Assembly: GCA_963666215.2 (NCBI GenBank)
Contig: CAXWPL010000005.1
Location: 672,001-736,000 of the forward strand
DNA from: Acidobacteriota bacterium
Lineage (GTDB): Bacteria; Acidobacteriota; UBA890; WLXD01
DNA length: 64,000 nucleotides
Direction: 5' to 3'
Below, piece after piece: positions 22,095-33,214 of this stretch. Below the pieces are notes generated by a model that was not told where the DNA came from, ran no database searches, and worked only from the letters and a program-made list of their open reading frames with translations. Every line of letters begins with the position of its first letter. The stretch's first letter is position 1. The translations under genes were made by a program, and so were the position numbers.

Positions 22095-22164
22095 GATCGC
22101 GGTCGCCTCGCTATTCGAATTCGTGGAAGTGAAGGCCACCTGGGCCACGCCACGATTCGCGCAG

Positions 22165-22274
22165 CGCGCGACCCTGCGACCCCGGCGGTTGTCGACCGCC
22201 AGATACACGTCGCCCATGCCGCCGGCACCGAGTTGCTCGCTGATCTCGTAGGGACCGAGTGAGCTACGGATCAC
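22165..22274 (-). pseudogene. Ser/Thr kinase N-terminal stub
   Basis: LGPYEISEQLGAGGMGDVYLAVD..RRVA then truncation. Confidence 0.75.
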
Positions 22275-22367
22275 GCGCTTCCTCCGAAAAGAGAGGGCGC
22301 AGTGCCGAGAACCTAGCCTCTATCGCAAGCCGCGATCAGACGCGATGCTTCGGCAAACCGAGCCTGC

Positions 22368-22950
22368 TCATTCCGAGGCAAAACAGTAGAAGAGCCCGTT
22401 GCCTCCCGTGCCGACCAGATCCTCCTGGCTGCAAGCGCGCGACGGATGAGCCTCGTTCCATGGGCTGCCCGGCGTGGTGAACCTGAAACGGTCGTGGTGG
22501 CCGACCATGGCGCTGCCCTCGCCGCTACTCGTCCAGTTACCGCAGGTCCTATCCTCTGCGGGCGGAAAGGCGGTGCCGTCGAGCTTCGACCCCGTCAGGA
22601 TGTCGTGCATGCTCGTCGACGTTGGACGCGATCCGCAGCCCCTTGGCGTTGGCCCACGGACCATCGCCGATCCGGTCTCTGGCGTTGACGGCAGGCTGGT
22701 CGTCGGTCGCCTGCGTGCTCAGATACGCCCTCCAGGTGCGGTCGCCAGCGCCCACCGCTTCGGCGAGCGATTGGCAGTGAGCATCCGCCCCTCGCAGCCC
22801 GCCGAGATCGCCACCACTTCCCGGCCCTGTGCTGGTGATGAAGAAGCCCATCGGTTCCGGCTCCTGATCCTGCTGTGCCATGACCTGAACCGACGCCGCC
22901 ACCATCAACAGTCCGAACATCGCGAGCGTTGCGTTGCGCTTGCAGCTCAT
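22368..22950 (-). pseudogene. Secreted endostatin / C-type-lectin-fold protein with internal deletion and frameshift near 22610
   Basis: GDLGGLRGADAHCQSLA..WRAYLS..ARDRIG; HDILTGS..CGNWTS..GGNGLFYCFA in another frame. Confidence 0.8.
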
Positions 22951-22964
22951 CTTCCCACCTCCCT

Positions 22965-24232
22965 TTCTGCTGTACGCCTCGCGAGTGAACCTGCGGAGCG
23001 CGCTCACGGCCGGGGCCGGTCGAGCGTCAGCCGGAAGTCTGCGACGCCGCTGGCACGGCGCGTTCGTCACCATCGAGGTGGCGCTGGCTCTGGCGCTGCT
23101 GATGGGCGCCGGATTGCTCTTGAACAGCTTCCTCCAGCTGAGTCGCGTGGACCCCGGGGTCGACCCGAACGGCGTGCTGACGATGCGGATCACCTTGCCC
23201 TGGGAGCGTTATGAGGGCTCCGCGATCTCCGACTTCTTCCTGCGGCTGGCCGAAAACGTGGAGGAGATCCCGGGCGTCGAGACGGCCGCGTCGGGAGCTC
23301 AGTTCGCACCGATCGGGTTCCTTCGGCAGCAGTTCGCCATCACCGAGGGTGAGGTGCTGGAGGACAGCGCGCTGCCCAGCGCGCTGTCAACCATTGCCAG
23401 CGCTGACTACTTTGAGACCCTCGGCATCCCTCTTCGCGAAGGGCGCCTGTTCAACAACACCGACGAGATCGGCGCGCCGTTCGCCTTCGTCGTCAATCGC
23501 ACGCTCGCCGAACGCTTCTTCCCCGCCGGTGATGCTCTGGGCCGCGAGATCCGCCTCGGCACTGCCGAAAGCCCGGGGGAGACCGGCAGGATCCTCGGAA
23601 TCGTCAACGACACCCGCAACCGCGGCCTCCAGGTCGACACCCAGCCCGAGCTGTACGCCAGCCTGCGGCAGGCCAGCGGCGTTTTCAATCAAATCTACCT
23701 GATCCTGCGGATCGCCGACGGCGTCGAGCCTCGCAGCGTGCTGCCCGCGGTGCGCGCCGCCGTCTCGGAGATCGATGCCGACCAGCCTGTGTACAACATC
23801 CAGACGCTCGACGAAGCGTTCTCGACGGGCTTCGCTACGCAGGGCTTGGCGATGCAGTTGTTGAGCGTCTTCGCGGGCTTCGCGCTGCTGATTGCCGCGA
23901 TTGGGGTGTATGGCGTGGTCTCCTACGCGGTCGCCGAGCGCACCCGCGAGATCGGTGTGCGCATGGCGCTCGGCGCCGGGAGTGGCTCCGTACGCAAGCT
24001 GATCGTGCGTCAGGCGTTGCTTCCAGTGTCAATCGGGGTGGTCCTGGGGGTCGCGATGTCCATTGGGCTCGGACGCGCGATGTCGGGCCTGCTCTTCGGC
24101 GTCGGCGGCGGAGACCCGTGGACGCTCGCGATCGTTACGGCTGTGCTTGGCACGATTGCCCTGCTCGCCAGCTACGTGCCGGCGCGCCGTGCCTCCGCAA
24201 CCGACCCGGTGGTCGCGTTGCGGTCCTCCTGA
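22965..24232 (+). pseudogene. C-terminal half of an ADOP/MacB-type duplicated ABC permease
   Basis: EVALALALLMGAGLLLNSF..GVYGVVSYAVAERTREIGVRMALGA..PARRA..DPVVALR; N-terminal half and start missing. Confidence 0.8.
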
Positions 24233-24447
24233 TGGAGCGGGCTACGCAGAAGTAGCCCGGCCGGTCCGAGGACCGGGCCAACAGGATGGGCCCGGCCCGC
24301 ACGACCCGGACGACCCGACGACGGAGGCTCGGCGGGTTCAGCCGGCTTGGTCGGTCGCTAGCGCGACAGATAGAATGCGCGCCGCGCGAGGCCCCGAGCA
24401 CTGCCACGATCGCAGGTGCCGTAAGCTCGCCGGAACCGGACTCCGTC

Positions 24448-25002
24448 ATGAAGCCGAGGCTCGTAGACACGCCGCTCGCCGGACTGTTCGTTGTTGAGCT
24501 CGATGCGCACGTCGATGATCGCGGCTTCTTTCTCGAGTCGTGGCACCGGCGTGACTTCGCGGAAGCGGGGCTCGACGCAAGGTTCGTCCAGGAGGGTCAC
24601 TCCGGCTCCAGCGCCGGTGTCCTGCGGGGATTGCACTACCAGGATGCGAGCGCTCCGTTGGGCAAGCTGGTGCGCTGCACGGTCGGCGAGATCTACGACG
24701 TCGCCGTCGATATCCGCAGCAGCTCCCCCACCTTCGGCGGCTGGCACGGCGTTGAGCTGAGCGCTGCCAACAGGCGTCAACTGTGGGTGCCACCGGGCTT
24801 CGCACACGGGTTCGTCGCGCTCACGGCGGCCGAAGTCCAGTACAAACAGACCGGCAACTACACTCCAAGCGCCGAAGGCAGTATCGCCTGGAACGATACG
24901 GAGCTGGCGATCGACTGGCCTGTCACGCTTCCCACCTTGTCTCCCCGTGACGCGGCCGCTCCCTCGTTTGCCGACTACCGCGACAACCCGGCGTTCGGCT
25001 AG
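24448..25002 (+). CDS. rmlC: dTDP-4-dehydrorhamnose 3,5-epimerase
   Basis: DDRGFFLE, GVLRGLHYQ, DVAVDIR, WVPPGFAHGF. Confidence 0.93.
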   Translation: MKPRLVDTPLAGLFVVELDAHVDDRGFFLESWHRRDFAEAGLDARFVQEGHSGSSAGVLRGLHYQDASAPLGKLVRCTVGEIYDVAVDIRSSSPTFGGWHGVELSAANRRQLWVPPGFAHGFVALTAAEVQYKQTGNYTPSAEGSIAWNDTELAIDWPVTLPTLSPRDAAAPSFADYRDNPAFG

Positions 25003-26201
25003 AACCTCACGGAAAGACCGAGCGCCTTGCCGTAGCGCGCCAAAGCGGTGGCTACGGCTTGTCGATCGGCCGCGTCGGGAACATCGCGCTCGTAGCGCTC
25101 CGACACGACGCGGAGCCGACCCAACGAGCGCTCCGCCTTGAGGTCGACTCTGGCAACCAGATGTTCGCCGGCAAGCACCGGCAAACAGAAGTAGCCGTAC
25201 ATCCGCTTTTCGGAGGGCTTGAAGATCTCGAGGATCTGGTGAAAGTCGTAGAGCAGGTCGGTACGTGCTCGATCCCACAGCACCGGATCGAACGGCGAGA
25301 GCAGCACCCCCCGGTCGCGCCGCGGACGGGCTCGCCGCAGCCGGTCGGCGAGCTCCAGATCCCGCGGACGGACTCAGCCCATGCGGCGCTTGCCGGTGGC
25401 GTCGACCAGCGCGCACGGCGTGATCTCCCTCTGGTCACGTAGAGCGTAGAGCGCGGCGGCGAGCTCCTCTCGCATGTTGCGGAAGCGCCAGGTTGCGGCC
25501 AAGGTACCCGAGGTGGCCCAGCCGTGGCCGGCAAGCGCGCGCAGCAGCAGGGCTCGTATCGACGCGTCGCGCGGTTCAGCCAGCTCTCGTACCGTCTGCG
25601 GAATTACCCGCTCGGTGAGATCGTAGGTGCGTTGAAATCCTCGCCGCTGCTGGATGGCGATGTCGCCTGCCGACCACAGCGCCGATAGAACCTTCTTGCC
25701 TGCCTTGAAGGCCCACCAGCCGTCGGACGACGGCTCGCAGAGATCGGACGAGCGTATGGGCCCCTCGTCGCGGATGCGTCGAAGAATCTGATCTGCCAGA
25801 GCTGAATGCTCGCCGAGCACATCGCCCCACCACGGGTGGACGCGGTATTCGCGACGGCGAAAGTCGAGCGTGGGGTAGAGCTCGAGCGGCAGCCAGCAGA
25901 CTTCGTGGCCCCAGTACTCGAACAGAGGCGCGCCCAGCAGCAGCAAATCCTCACCGAGCGCCGGTCTCATCCCGGGCAGTCTCGACAGCAGCACCAGCGC
26001 GTGACTGCGGGCGCCCGCGATCGACACCGTGTCGAGCTGCAGGTAGCCAAAACGGCGGATGATGGCGTGCGCAGCGCGTCGCGCGGTCACGCCTCCGCCG
26101 CGGGCGCTGGCTGGCAAGCCCGTCCAGGCAGGCTTCAACAGGCCGGCGCGCGCCAGAGCGAGGCGTCTTGCCTCGCGAAGAGAGATCGTCTCGAACCCCA
26201 C
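24999..26201 (-). pseudogene. YcaQ/AlkZ-family winged-helix DNA glycosylase with in-frame TGA at 25374-25376
   Basis: LQLDTVSIAGARSH, FEYWGHE, LLSPFDPVLWDR..LEIFKP..RMYGYF; both ORFs share one frame. Confidence 0.85.
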
Positions 26202-26345
26202 CGACGGAGGCTACCGCAGGGGCACGCCGATGACGTCGCAGGCAGATCTCAGAATCCGCGCCGGGCGTTTCGACGCCTCGCGATCGCGCGACTCGATTCC
26301 TGAAGCCGCGTCAACAAGCTACGAGCCACATGGATAAAGACAACG

Positions 26346-26404
26346 CGGCCGAGGGTCCGCCGGCTTCCCGCAAGCGCAGCCGTTCTCGGTTGGACCCTCG
26401 GCCG
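26346..26404 (-). terminator. Strong hairpin downstream of the TonB gene
   Basis: 13-bp perfect stem CGGCCGAGGGTCC/GGACCCTCGGCCG with a U-rich stretch after it on the minus strand. Confidence 0.45.
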
Positions 26405-26434
26405 TGATGTGCAGCCGTTCGTTCGATTGTTCGC

Positions 26435-27505
26435 TCAGTCGATATGGAACGTCACCTCCACGATCATCAGAACCTCGACCGGCCGACCGTTGTAGAAGCT
26501 CGGTGTGAAACGCCACTGCAGCACGGCCGCGATCGCCGCCTCGTCGAGGCCGAGCCCCGCCGGAGTCGTGGCCCGCGCGTCGTACACACGCCCATCGGTG
26601 CCAATCCGTGCCTCGATCATCACATCGCCCCCGCGCCGTGCCCGCAGCGCCAGCGGCGGATAGTCAGGCTTCACGCGCACGAACAGTCGAGGAGCTGCGA
26701 TGTCGCCCACCCGCACCAGCTGCAACGCCATCGGCGGCGACCACGTGGGTGGAGCGAGCAGAAAGTCGGAGACAGCGCCGATCGGCTGTTCGTCGACCGC
26801 GGGCAACGAATCGCTCTCGGGACTCACGGGTATTGGAGTTTCGATGAGCACGGCCGGGATCGGCACCGGTGTCGCCGCTTTCGCGGGCGTCCTCTCGGAT
26901 GGCGGCGGCTGTGATTCTGCAGGCGCTGGCGGCGGGAACTTGACCAGCCGCACGACCTGCCGCGGCTGGGCTTCGGCCGTGAGCGTGGCACCCGGCATCG
27001 GGATCACGATCAGGAAAAGGAGGAAATGCAGCACCAGCGCCACTACGCCCGCGATCTTGTAGGAGCGCCGGTCGCGGGGCAGCCCGGCGCGCATCATGAA
27101 GTCGGCGGCGCTGAAGCCATTGGGGCGCTGCCATGTTGTCTCGGCAGCGCCTCCCGGGTGCCCCGAGCCTCCCCGCCGGGGCGCCGCTCCGGCAAGCGCC
27201 GCGACCGGCTCGAGCCCACCCCAGCCATCCGATGACTCGAAGTGGACCGCCTCGCGAACAACGTTCCCAACTCGCTGCAGCCCGGAGAGCCGCGCGCCAA
27301 CGGCCATCGTCAGCAAACCCATCAGCTCGCGCGAAACGAAGAACGTCCAGGATCGAAGCCCCAGAACAGCCGCATCGCTGGCACGGGCGCAAAACGTGGC
27401 CCACAGCTCTTCGAAGAGCTCACGCCGTACCGACAGCGGAAGCAACCAGCACAGCGCCCGGAACACCGACACGGCCCAGCGGAAGGTACGGTCGATCTCG
27501 CGCAT
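26435..27505 (-). CDS. TonB-family protein with N-terminal permease-prefix-like domain
   Basis: TM LVLHFLLF, Pro-rich linker, PDYPPLALRARRGGDV..GLDEAAIAAVLQWRFTP. Confidence 0.8.
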   Translation of the reverse strand: MREIDRTFRWAVSVFRALCWLLPLSVRRELFEELWATFCARASDAAVLGLRSWTFFVSRELMGLLTMAVGARLSGLQRVGNVVREAVHFESSDGWGGLEPVAALAGAAPRRGGSGHPGGAAETTWQRPNGFSAADFMMRAGLPRDRRSYKIAGVVALVLHFLLFLIVIPMPGATLTAEAQPRQVVRLVKFPPPAPAESQPPPSERTPAKAATPVPIPAVLIETPIPVSPESDSLPAVDEQPIGAVSDFLLAPPTWSPPMALQLVRVGDIAAPRLFVRVKPDYPPLALRARRGGDVMIEARIGTDGRVYDARATTPAGLGLDEAAIAAVLQWRFTPSFYNGRPVEVLMIVEVTFHID

Positions 27506-27507
27506 CG

Positions 27508-27913
27508 TTATCCCTCCGCGGCGCCGGCAAGCTCGTCGGCGCGGATGAGGCGACGGGCGACCGCCACTTCCACCATCGCCGCGAGCCGCTCGCTCTCGGC
27601 ACGCGCCACGCGTCGGCCGAGATCGGTGAGCCGATAATAGCGACGCCGCGCATCGTCGCGCTCAGCGGGTGGACGGCCCGGCGAACGCTCGAGGAACCCC
27701 TTGTCCTGCAATTTCAGAATAGCGAGGTACATCGAGCCGGTGGAGGGCTTGGTAAGGCCGGCGGTACGACGCTCGATGTCCTTGGCTACGCGTAGCCATG
27801 CAGATCACCCTCGGCGATCGCCAGCAGGATGTGGAAGGCGAGGTTCGGGAGCGGCAGGTGCAGCTCCACCTCGGCTGCGGAGGCACCCTTCTGCCCGCCG
27901 ACTCGATCGTCAT
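27508..27913 (-). pseudogene. PadR-family regulator, frameshifted near 27790
   Basis: FHILLAIAEGDLHGYA / AKDIERRT..TGSMYLAILKL..RRRYYRLTDLGR. Confidence 0.8.
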
Positions 27914-28107
27914 GCTCCGTCACCGTCTCCATGCCTTGATCTTCCCGGGGGCGTCTTTATATGCCTGAAGAAACTCGATTGACTTCGAATGCATTTCATG
28001 CAAACAGATCGAGCCGGTGCTCGTCAAGGGGAGAAAGGGGGAATAATCAGCCGCATGCACGAGCATGACGAGGGCGCACCCAGCGGATCAAGGGACGAGA
28101 TCGTGAG

Positions 28108-29613
28108 ATGCCTTCAATGAATGTCCAGCCCGGGCGGCCACGCGACGCGTCGCTGGCGCGGCAACTCGGCCTCGTTGGCCTCGCGGCAACGGGCATCTGC
28201 TCGATGATGGGCGCGGCGATCAACATCTTGCCCATCATGCTGCAGCGCAACGTTCCCGGAATTGGGCCCTACGTGCTTCCCGCCTATCTCATCGGTGCGC
28301 TGCCGGCGATCTTCGCGGCTCTGGCATACGCCGCGCTGGGCTCGGGAATGCCGCGCGCCGGCGGCAGCTACGTGTACGCCAGCCGGTCGCTGAATCCGTA
28401 CCTCGGATTCGTCGCCAGTTTCTCGCAGTGGTTCGGGCTGTCGATCGCCATCGGCGTGGTCTCCTACGTCGTCGTCCCCTTCTTGCGTGATGTCGTGGTG
28501 GCGGTGGGGTACGACGGCCTCGGAGTCTGGCTGATGGGCGACTATGTTCGCCCCCTCGTCTCGCTGGCATTCCTTTGGACCTTCACCGTCATCAACCTGC
28601 TTGGCCTCAAGGTTTATGAGCGCACACTCGTGCCTCTGATGTTGCTGATGTTCCTGGGCGGCGGCGTGGTGGTGGTTGCCGGGTTCTCCTTCGATCACGC
28701 CGACTTCGGGGTGGCTCTGTTGGCGCGCGAGGGTGTGGCGCTGTCGGCTGAACCGGCAACCGCTTGGAGCGTGGCAACGCTGGCCGCCGGCGCCGCGATT
28801 CTGTTCTCCAGCTTCATCGGGTTCGACTCGATCGCTCAAGCCGGGGGCGAGGCGAAGAACCCCGGTCGCAACGTACCGCTCGCGGTGCTCGTGGCCGTAG
28901 GCGGGGTGGGCGGCTTCTACCTGCTGTTCACTGCGGCGGTTTACAACGCCGTGCCCTGGTGGTTCATCGCCGAGCGCGCCCAGGAGGCCGATCTCACCGC
29001 GCCAGGGCTGCTGGGCTATCTCCTGAGCCCGCGCTGGACGGTGGCAATCGTCGCTGGCGCGACGATTGCGCTCGTCAACGACCTGCCCGCGATGCTGCTG
29101 GCCGTCTCGCGACTCATGTTCGCGTGGGCGGAGACGGCATCTTTCCTGAGTTCATGGCCCGCCTCAATCGACACAGCGCGCCGTACACGGCGATCGTGGC
29201 AAGCGCCGGCGTCGCTTCGGCCGGAATCATGGGCAGCCATCTGGCCGGAGACTTCTTTCTCGGCGTCGACATCCTGGCGACCTCGATGCTGTTCAATTTT
29301 CTGATGATGTGTCTTTCGGTGCTCTAGGCTACCGAGCCGTAACCCCCGGCTGGCCGCGGGGCTTCGTTTCGGGACCGGGGTCGCGGCCCGCTGGTTCATC
29401 GGGGGTGTAGGCGCGCTGCTGCTGACCACACTGCTCGCCGTGCATGTGTGGAAGGACCTCTCCAGCGACATGGCCGTCTGGTACTTCCACTCCACCTGGC
29501 TGTGGATTGGAACGATGGTTCTCGCGAGCGCCGTCTTCGCCACCCACTGGCGCAAGCTGCGAAGGAGCGGCGTCGACCTGGAGAGTCGCTTTGCCGAGCT
29601 TCCGCTGGAGTAA
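28108..29613 (+). pseudogene. APC-family amino-acid permease with two compensating indels (~29133 and ~29325)
   Basis: MPRAGGSYVY, FIGFDSIAQAGGEAKNP, SRLMFAWA(E)DGIFP; the original frame resumes and ends at TAA 29613. Confidence 0.82.
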
Positions 29614-29783
29614 CCCGTCGCGGCCGCCGCGGCACCGAAGTCTTCGGAGCTGCCGTTCGCTGACATGTCGAGGCGTGGCGCGAGAGGGTATGTTCATGGT
29701 CATGTTGGCGTCGCTCATGCGGCGCGGACGACCGACGACAACCCCGTGAGCCGCCGCGAAGGCAACGATCAAAGAGCAAGCCC

Positions 29784-30896
29784 ATGAAGATCCCAAGAGT
29801 CCTGATCGCTTCCTTCCTGGTGGGTACCGCGTTGACCGCCAGCTTCTACGCCGGCGCGGCGTGGTCGGCCTCGCCACCACCACCACTGCAAGCCGTGCAA
29901 CGGGCGTCGGAGCCGCGAACCGGCTTGACGGGCGCCGAGGTCCCGGTTATCGAGCTCTTCGAAGAAGCGGCGCCCTCGGTGGTCTTCATCAACACCACCC
30001 AGCGTCGACGGGACTTCTTCTTCAATGTCTCCGAAGTTCCGGGAGGTTCGGGATCCGGAATCGTTTGGGACCGCCAGGGCCATATCGTCACGAACTACCA
30101 CGTCATCGCGGAGGCCCGCACCGCCAACGTAACGCTTGCCGACGGTACCGAGTGGCTAGCCACGTACGTTGGCGGAGCACGCGAGAAGGATCTCGCCGTG
30201 CTCCACATCGAGGCTCCCCCTCAGAGCCTCTCGCCCATCAAAATCGGCACCTCCCACGACCTCCAGGTGGGCCAATCGCTGCTGGCAATCGGCAACCCGT
30301 TCGGACTCGACAACACCCTGACCACGGGCATCGTGAGCGCACTCGGCCGTCAGATCGAGTCGTCGGACGGAGTTCCGATTCGCGACGTGATTCAAACCGA
30401 CGCCGCGATCAACCCGGGCAACTCGGGCGGCCCACTGCTCGATTCGGCTGGCCGACTGATCGGAGTGAACACCGCCATCGTTAGCCCCTCTGGCGCCTAC
30501 GCCGGCATCGGCTTCGCCATCCCGATCAACACGGTCAACTGGGTCGTCGCCGACCTGATTGCGTACGGCCGTATCGTGCGACCGTCGCTTGGCCTCGAAT
30601 TCTTCCCCATCAACCTGGCGCGGCGAGCGAGTATCGACGGTGCCGTGATCTACCGGGTAGCTCCGGGGGGGGCCGCCGATCTCGCCGGGCTGTTACCGGC
30701 AACACGAAGCTCGCGCGGTTTCCAGCCGGGCGACATCATGCTGCGGGTGGAGGGACAGGACGTTCGCACCGAGGCCGAGCTCAACCTCGTGCTCGAAGCC
30801 TACGAGGTGGGCGACGCGGTGACGATCGAGTTTCGTCGCGGCGACGAGGTGCTGCAGGTGCAAGCCACGCTACAGGAGCCGCGCGGGTCGGGCTGA
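29784..30896 (+). CDS. HtrA/DegP-family serine protease with one PDZ domain
   Basis: GSGSG, VTNYHV, DLAVL, IQTDAAINPGNSGGPL. Confidence 0.92.
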   Translation: MKIPRVLIASFLVGTALTASFYAGAAWSASPPPPLQAVQRASEPRTGLTGAEVPVIELFEEAAPSVVFINTTQRRRDFFFNVSEVPGGSGSGIVWDRQGHIVTNYHVIAEARTANVTLADGTEWLATYVGGAREKDLAVLHIEAPPQSLSPIKIGTSHDLQVGQSLLAIGNPFGLDNTLTTGIVSALGRQIESSDGVPIRDVIQTDAAINPGNSGGPLLDSAGRLIGVNTAIVSPSGAYAGIGFAIPINTVNWVVADLIAYGRIVRPSLGLEFFPINLARRASIDGAVIYRVAPGGAADLAGLLPATRSSRGFQPGDIMLRVEGQDVRTEAELNLVLEAYEVGDAVTIEFRRGDEVLQVQATLQEPRGSG

Positions 30897-30926
30897 GGGG
30901 AGCCGTGCCGCCAAAACAGCGATGAC

Positions 30927-31356
30927 CTACTGGATGTAGCCGAGCGCCCGCAGCTCGCGCTCGGCTTTGGGGTTGAGGCGCCGTGAGTCCTCGGTAATCT
31001 TGAAACGGCGCGCCAGGCGCGCGCTGCGCTCCTGCAGTCGGGCGTAGTCGGCACGCAACGACTCGGCGATCTCGGGGTGCTGCTGGAGCACGCTGTGCAG
31101 CTCCTGAGGATCGTCGCCAACGTGGAAGAGCTCGGCCGGCCGGCGGTCGTCCTCGTAGTAAATGAGCTTCCACGGCCCGCGCAGCAGACCCACCCCGCCC
31201 TTGTTCTCGGCCACGCGCAGTCGATCGCGCGGCAAACCACGACCCCCGAGCACACGCATGAGGTCGACGCCCTGAAGCTTGTACGGAGCCTCGACGCCGA
31301 GCAACGGCAACAGCGTGGGCATGATGTCGATCAGCTGCACAGGGTCATCGAGCACC
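30927..31356 (-). pseudogene. Sulfatase C-terminal fragment
   Basis: PVQLIDIMPTLL..LQGVDL..WKLI..ELF..DPQE..ELRALGYIQ. Confidence 0.8.
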
Positions 31357-32096
31357 GGGTGCACAACGTCTTCATCCACGACGATCATATCTATGCGCTG
31401 TCGGCTGGCCGCCGCTACGACATCATCAACATCGAGGACCCCTCGAAGCCGAACCGCGTGGGCCGCTTCGAGCTCGACACACCCGGCCACTCGATCCACG
31501 ACGTCTGGGTCGACGACGGGATCGCATACTCGTCGAACTGGGACGACGGGATAGTGGCGGTCGACGTCGGAGGCGGCAACGCTGGCGGATCGCCGCGTAA
31601 CCCGGTCAAGCTCGGCAGCTACACCTACCCATCGGGGTGGAACCACGCAGCCTTCCCCTATCGCAGCAAGTCCACCGGCAAGCTCTACGCCTTTGCTGGC
31701 GACGAATCCACGCTCTCCGGCGTGATACCGCGCGTGGAGGGGCTCGACATGATGGCCGGCTACATCCACATCATCGAGTGGGACAGCTGGGACGAGCCTC
31801 GCGAAGTGGCCCGTTATCGAGTTCCCGACGGCGGCAGCCACAACATCTGGGTGGAGGACGACGTCCTCTATGTCGCCTACTACCAAGGCGGACTGCGTGT
31901 TGTGGACGTCTCAGGCGAGCTGATGGGCGACCTCTACCGGCAGGGACGCGAGATCGGCTTCTTCAAGGCCCTCGATCCTCAGGGCCGCATCGCCAACGTC
32001 GCCATGACGTGGGGACCGCAGCCGCACAAGGGGACGATCTTCTTCTCCGACCTGCACTCGGGGCTCTGGGCCGTGCGCCTGGGGGAACGCCCGTAA
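31357..32096 (+). pseudogene. LVIVD-repeat protein C-terminal fragment
   Basis: VHNVF, IHDVWVDDGIAY, SHNIWVEDDVLYVAYYQGGLRVVDVS; no start codon. Confidence 0.75.
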
Positions 32097-32304
32097 CAAA
32101 ACGCGGGGGCGTCGTCTGCGTTCGAGGACGCCCCGACGCGCGAAATCCGAACCGCACTCGATCGCGGCCGCTGTCTCGCACTGCGGTGGGCGAACACTGC
32201 ATCGCTCTCCGTGCCCTAGTAGCACCCCGCCGTCGCTGTTGTGCGCTCGTGTATAGTCATTGGAAGCCACCTGAGGCTCCCCGGTCGGCACCGGAGCCCA
32301 CATC

Positions 32305-33186
32305 ATGACGCTACCTTCCGATCCGGATCTGACGCCCAGCGCAGCACCGTCAGCGCCCTCCAACGACATCCTGATCCCGGGCCGGGTCCTGCTGCTCGCT
32401 GTTGTGGGTGTAGTGATCGTCGCCGCGCTCGGTTGGATGGTTTACGACCGTATGACGGGGCTCGAGAGCCGCATCGCCGAGCTCGATCAGCAGGTCGTCA
32501 ACGCCGAGCGCAACGCGCAAGACGCCAACAACCTCGCCACCGCCGCGCAGCGGCGCTCCGAGCTCGCCGAGCAGAACGCGCGGCAAGCAGCACAGGGACG
32601 CCACGCCGCCGTCGAATCGCAACGCGCCGCTGAGAACGAGGCCGACTTCGCCCGCCAGGAAGCAGACGCCGCTATGGAGACGGCGTTCGAGGCTCGCGCC
32701 GAGGCCGACGAGATCCGCCGCCGCCGTGACGCCGAGCTCGACAAGCTCCGGGAAACGCTCGGCATGTTCGTCGATGCGCAGCGAACACCGACCGGCCTGG
32801 TGATGACGCTCGGTGAAGATGCCATCAACTTCGACTTCGACAAGGCGGTGCTCAAACCTGAAGATCGCGAGCTCTTGGCGCGCATCTCGGGCGTGCTGCT
32901 TACAGCCAGCGGCTACCGCGTCCAGGTTTACGGACACACCGACGATGTTGGGTCCCAACGCTACAACCTCGGCCTTTCCGAGCGCCGAGCCTCGGCGGTT
33001 GCCGACTATCTGGTTGCCGCGGGCATCAGCCGCGATCTGCTGGCGACAGAGGGATTTGGCAAGGCCGAGCCGCTGGTCGAAGGCACCGCTTACGAGGCGC
33101 GCGCCAGGAACCGGCGCGTCGAAATCGGCATTATCGATACCGTCGTAAGCTTCACGACAACAGCTGGCGAGCATCGCCAGCGCTAA
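32305..33186 (+). CDS. OmpA/MotB-family peptidoglycan-binding protein (TM plus coiled coil)
   Basis: FDFDKAVL, GHTDDVGS..NLGLSERRA, RARNRRVEI. Confidence 0.88.
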   Translation: MTLPSDPDLTPSAAPSAPSNDILIPGRVLLLAVVGVVIVAALGWMVYDRMTGLESRIAELDQQVVNAERNAQDANNLATAAQRRSELAEQNARQAAQGRHAAVESQRAAENEADFARQEADAAMETAFEARAEADEIRRRRDAELDKLRETLGMFVDAQRTPTGLVMTLGEDAINFDFDKAVLKPEDRELLARISGVLLTASGYRVQVYGHTDDVGSQRYNLGLSERRASAVADYLVAAGISRDLLATEGFGKAEPLVEGTAYEARARNRRVEIGIIDTVVSFTTTAGEHRQR

Positions 33187-33214
33187 GACTCCATCCCCCG
33201 CCGAATAAACGCCC

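Noticed and set aside
13301-25376. Genetic code 4/25 or selenocysteine recoding
   Set aside because: TGA terminates many clear genes (8780, 18790, 47261), Trp is coded by TGG throughout, and the expected residue is Trp rather than Cys
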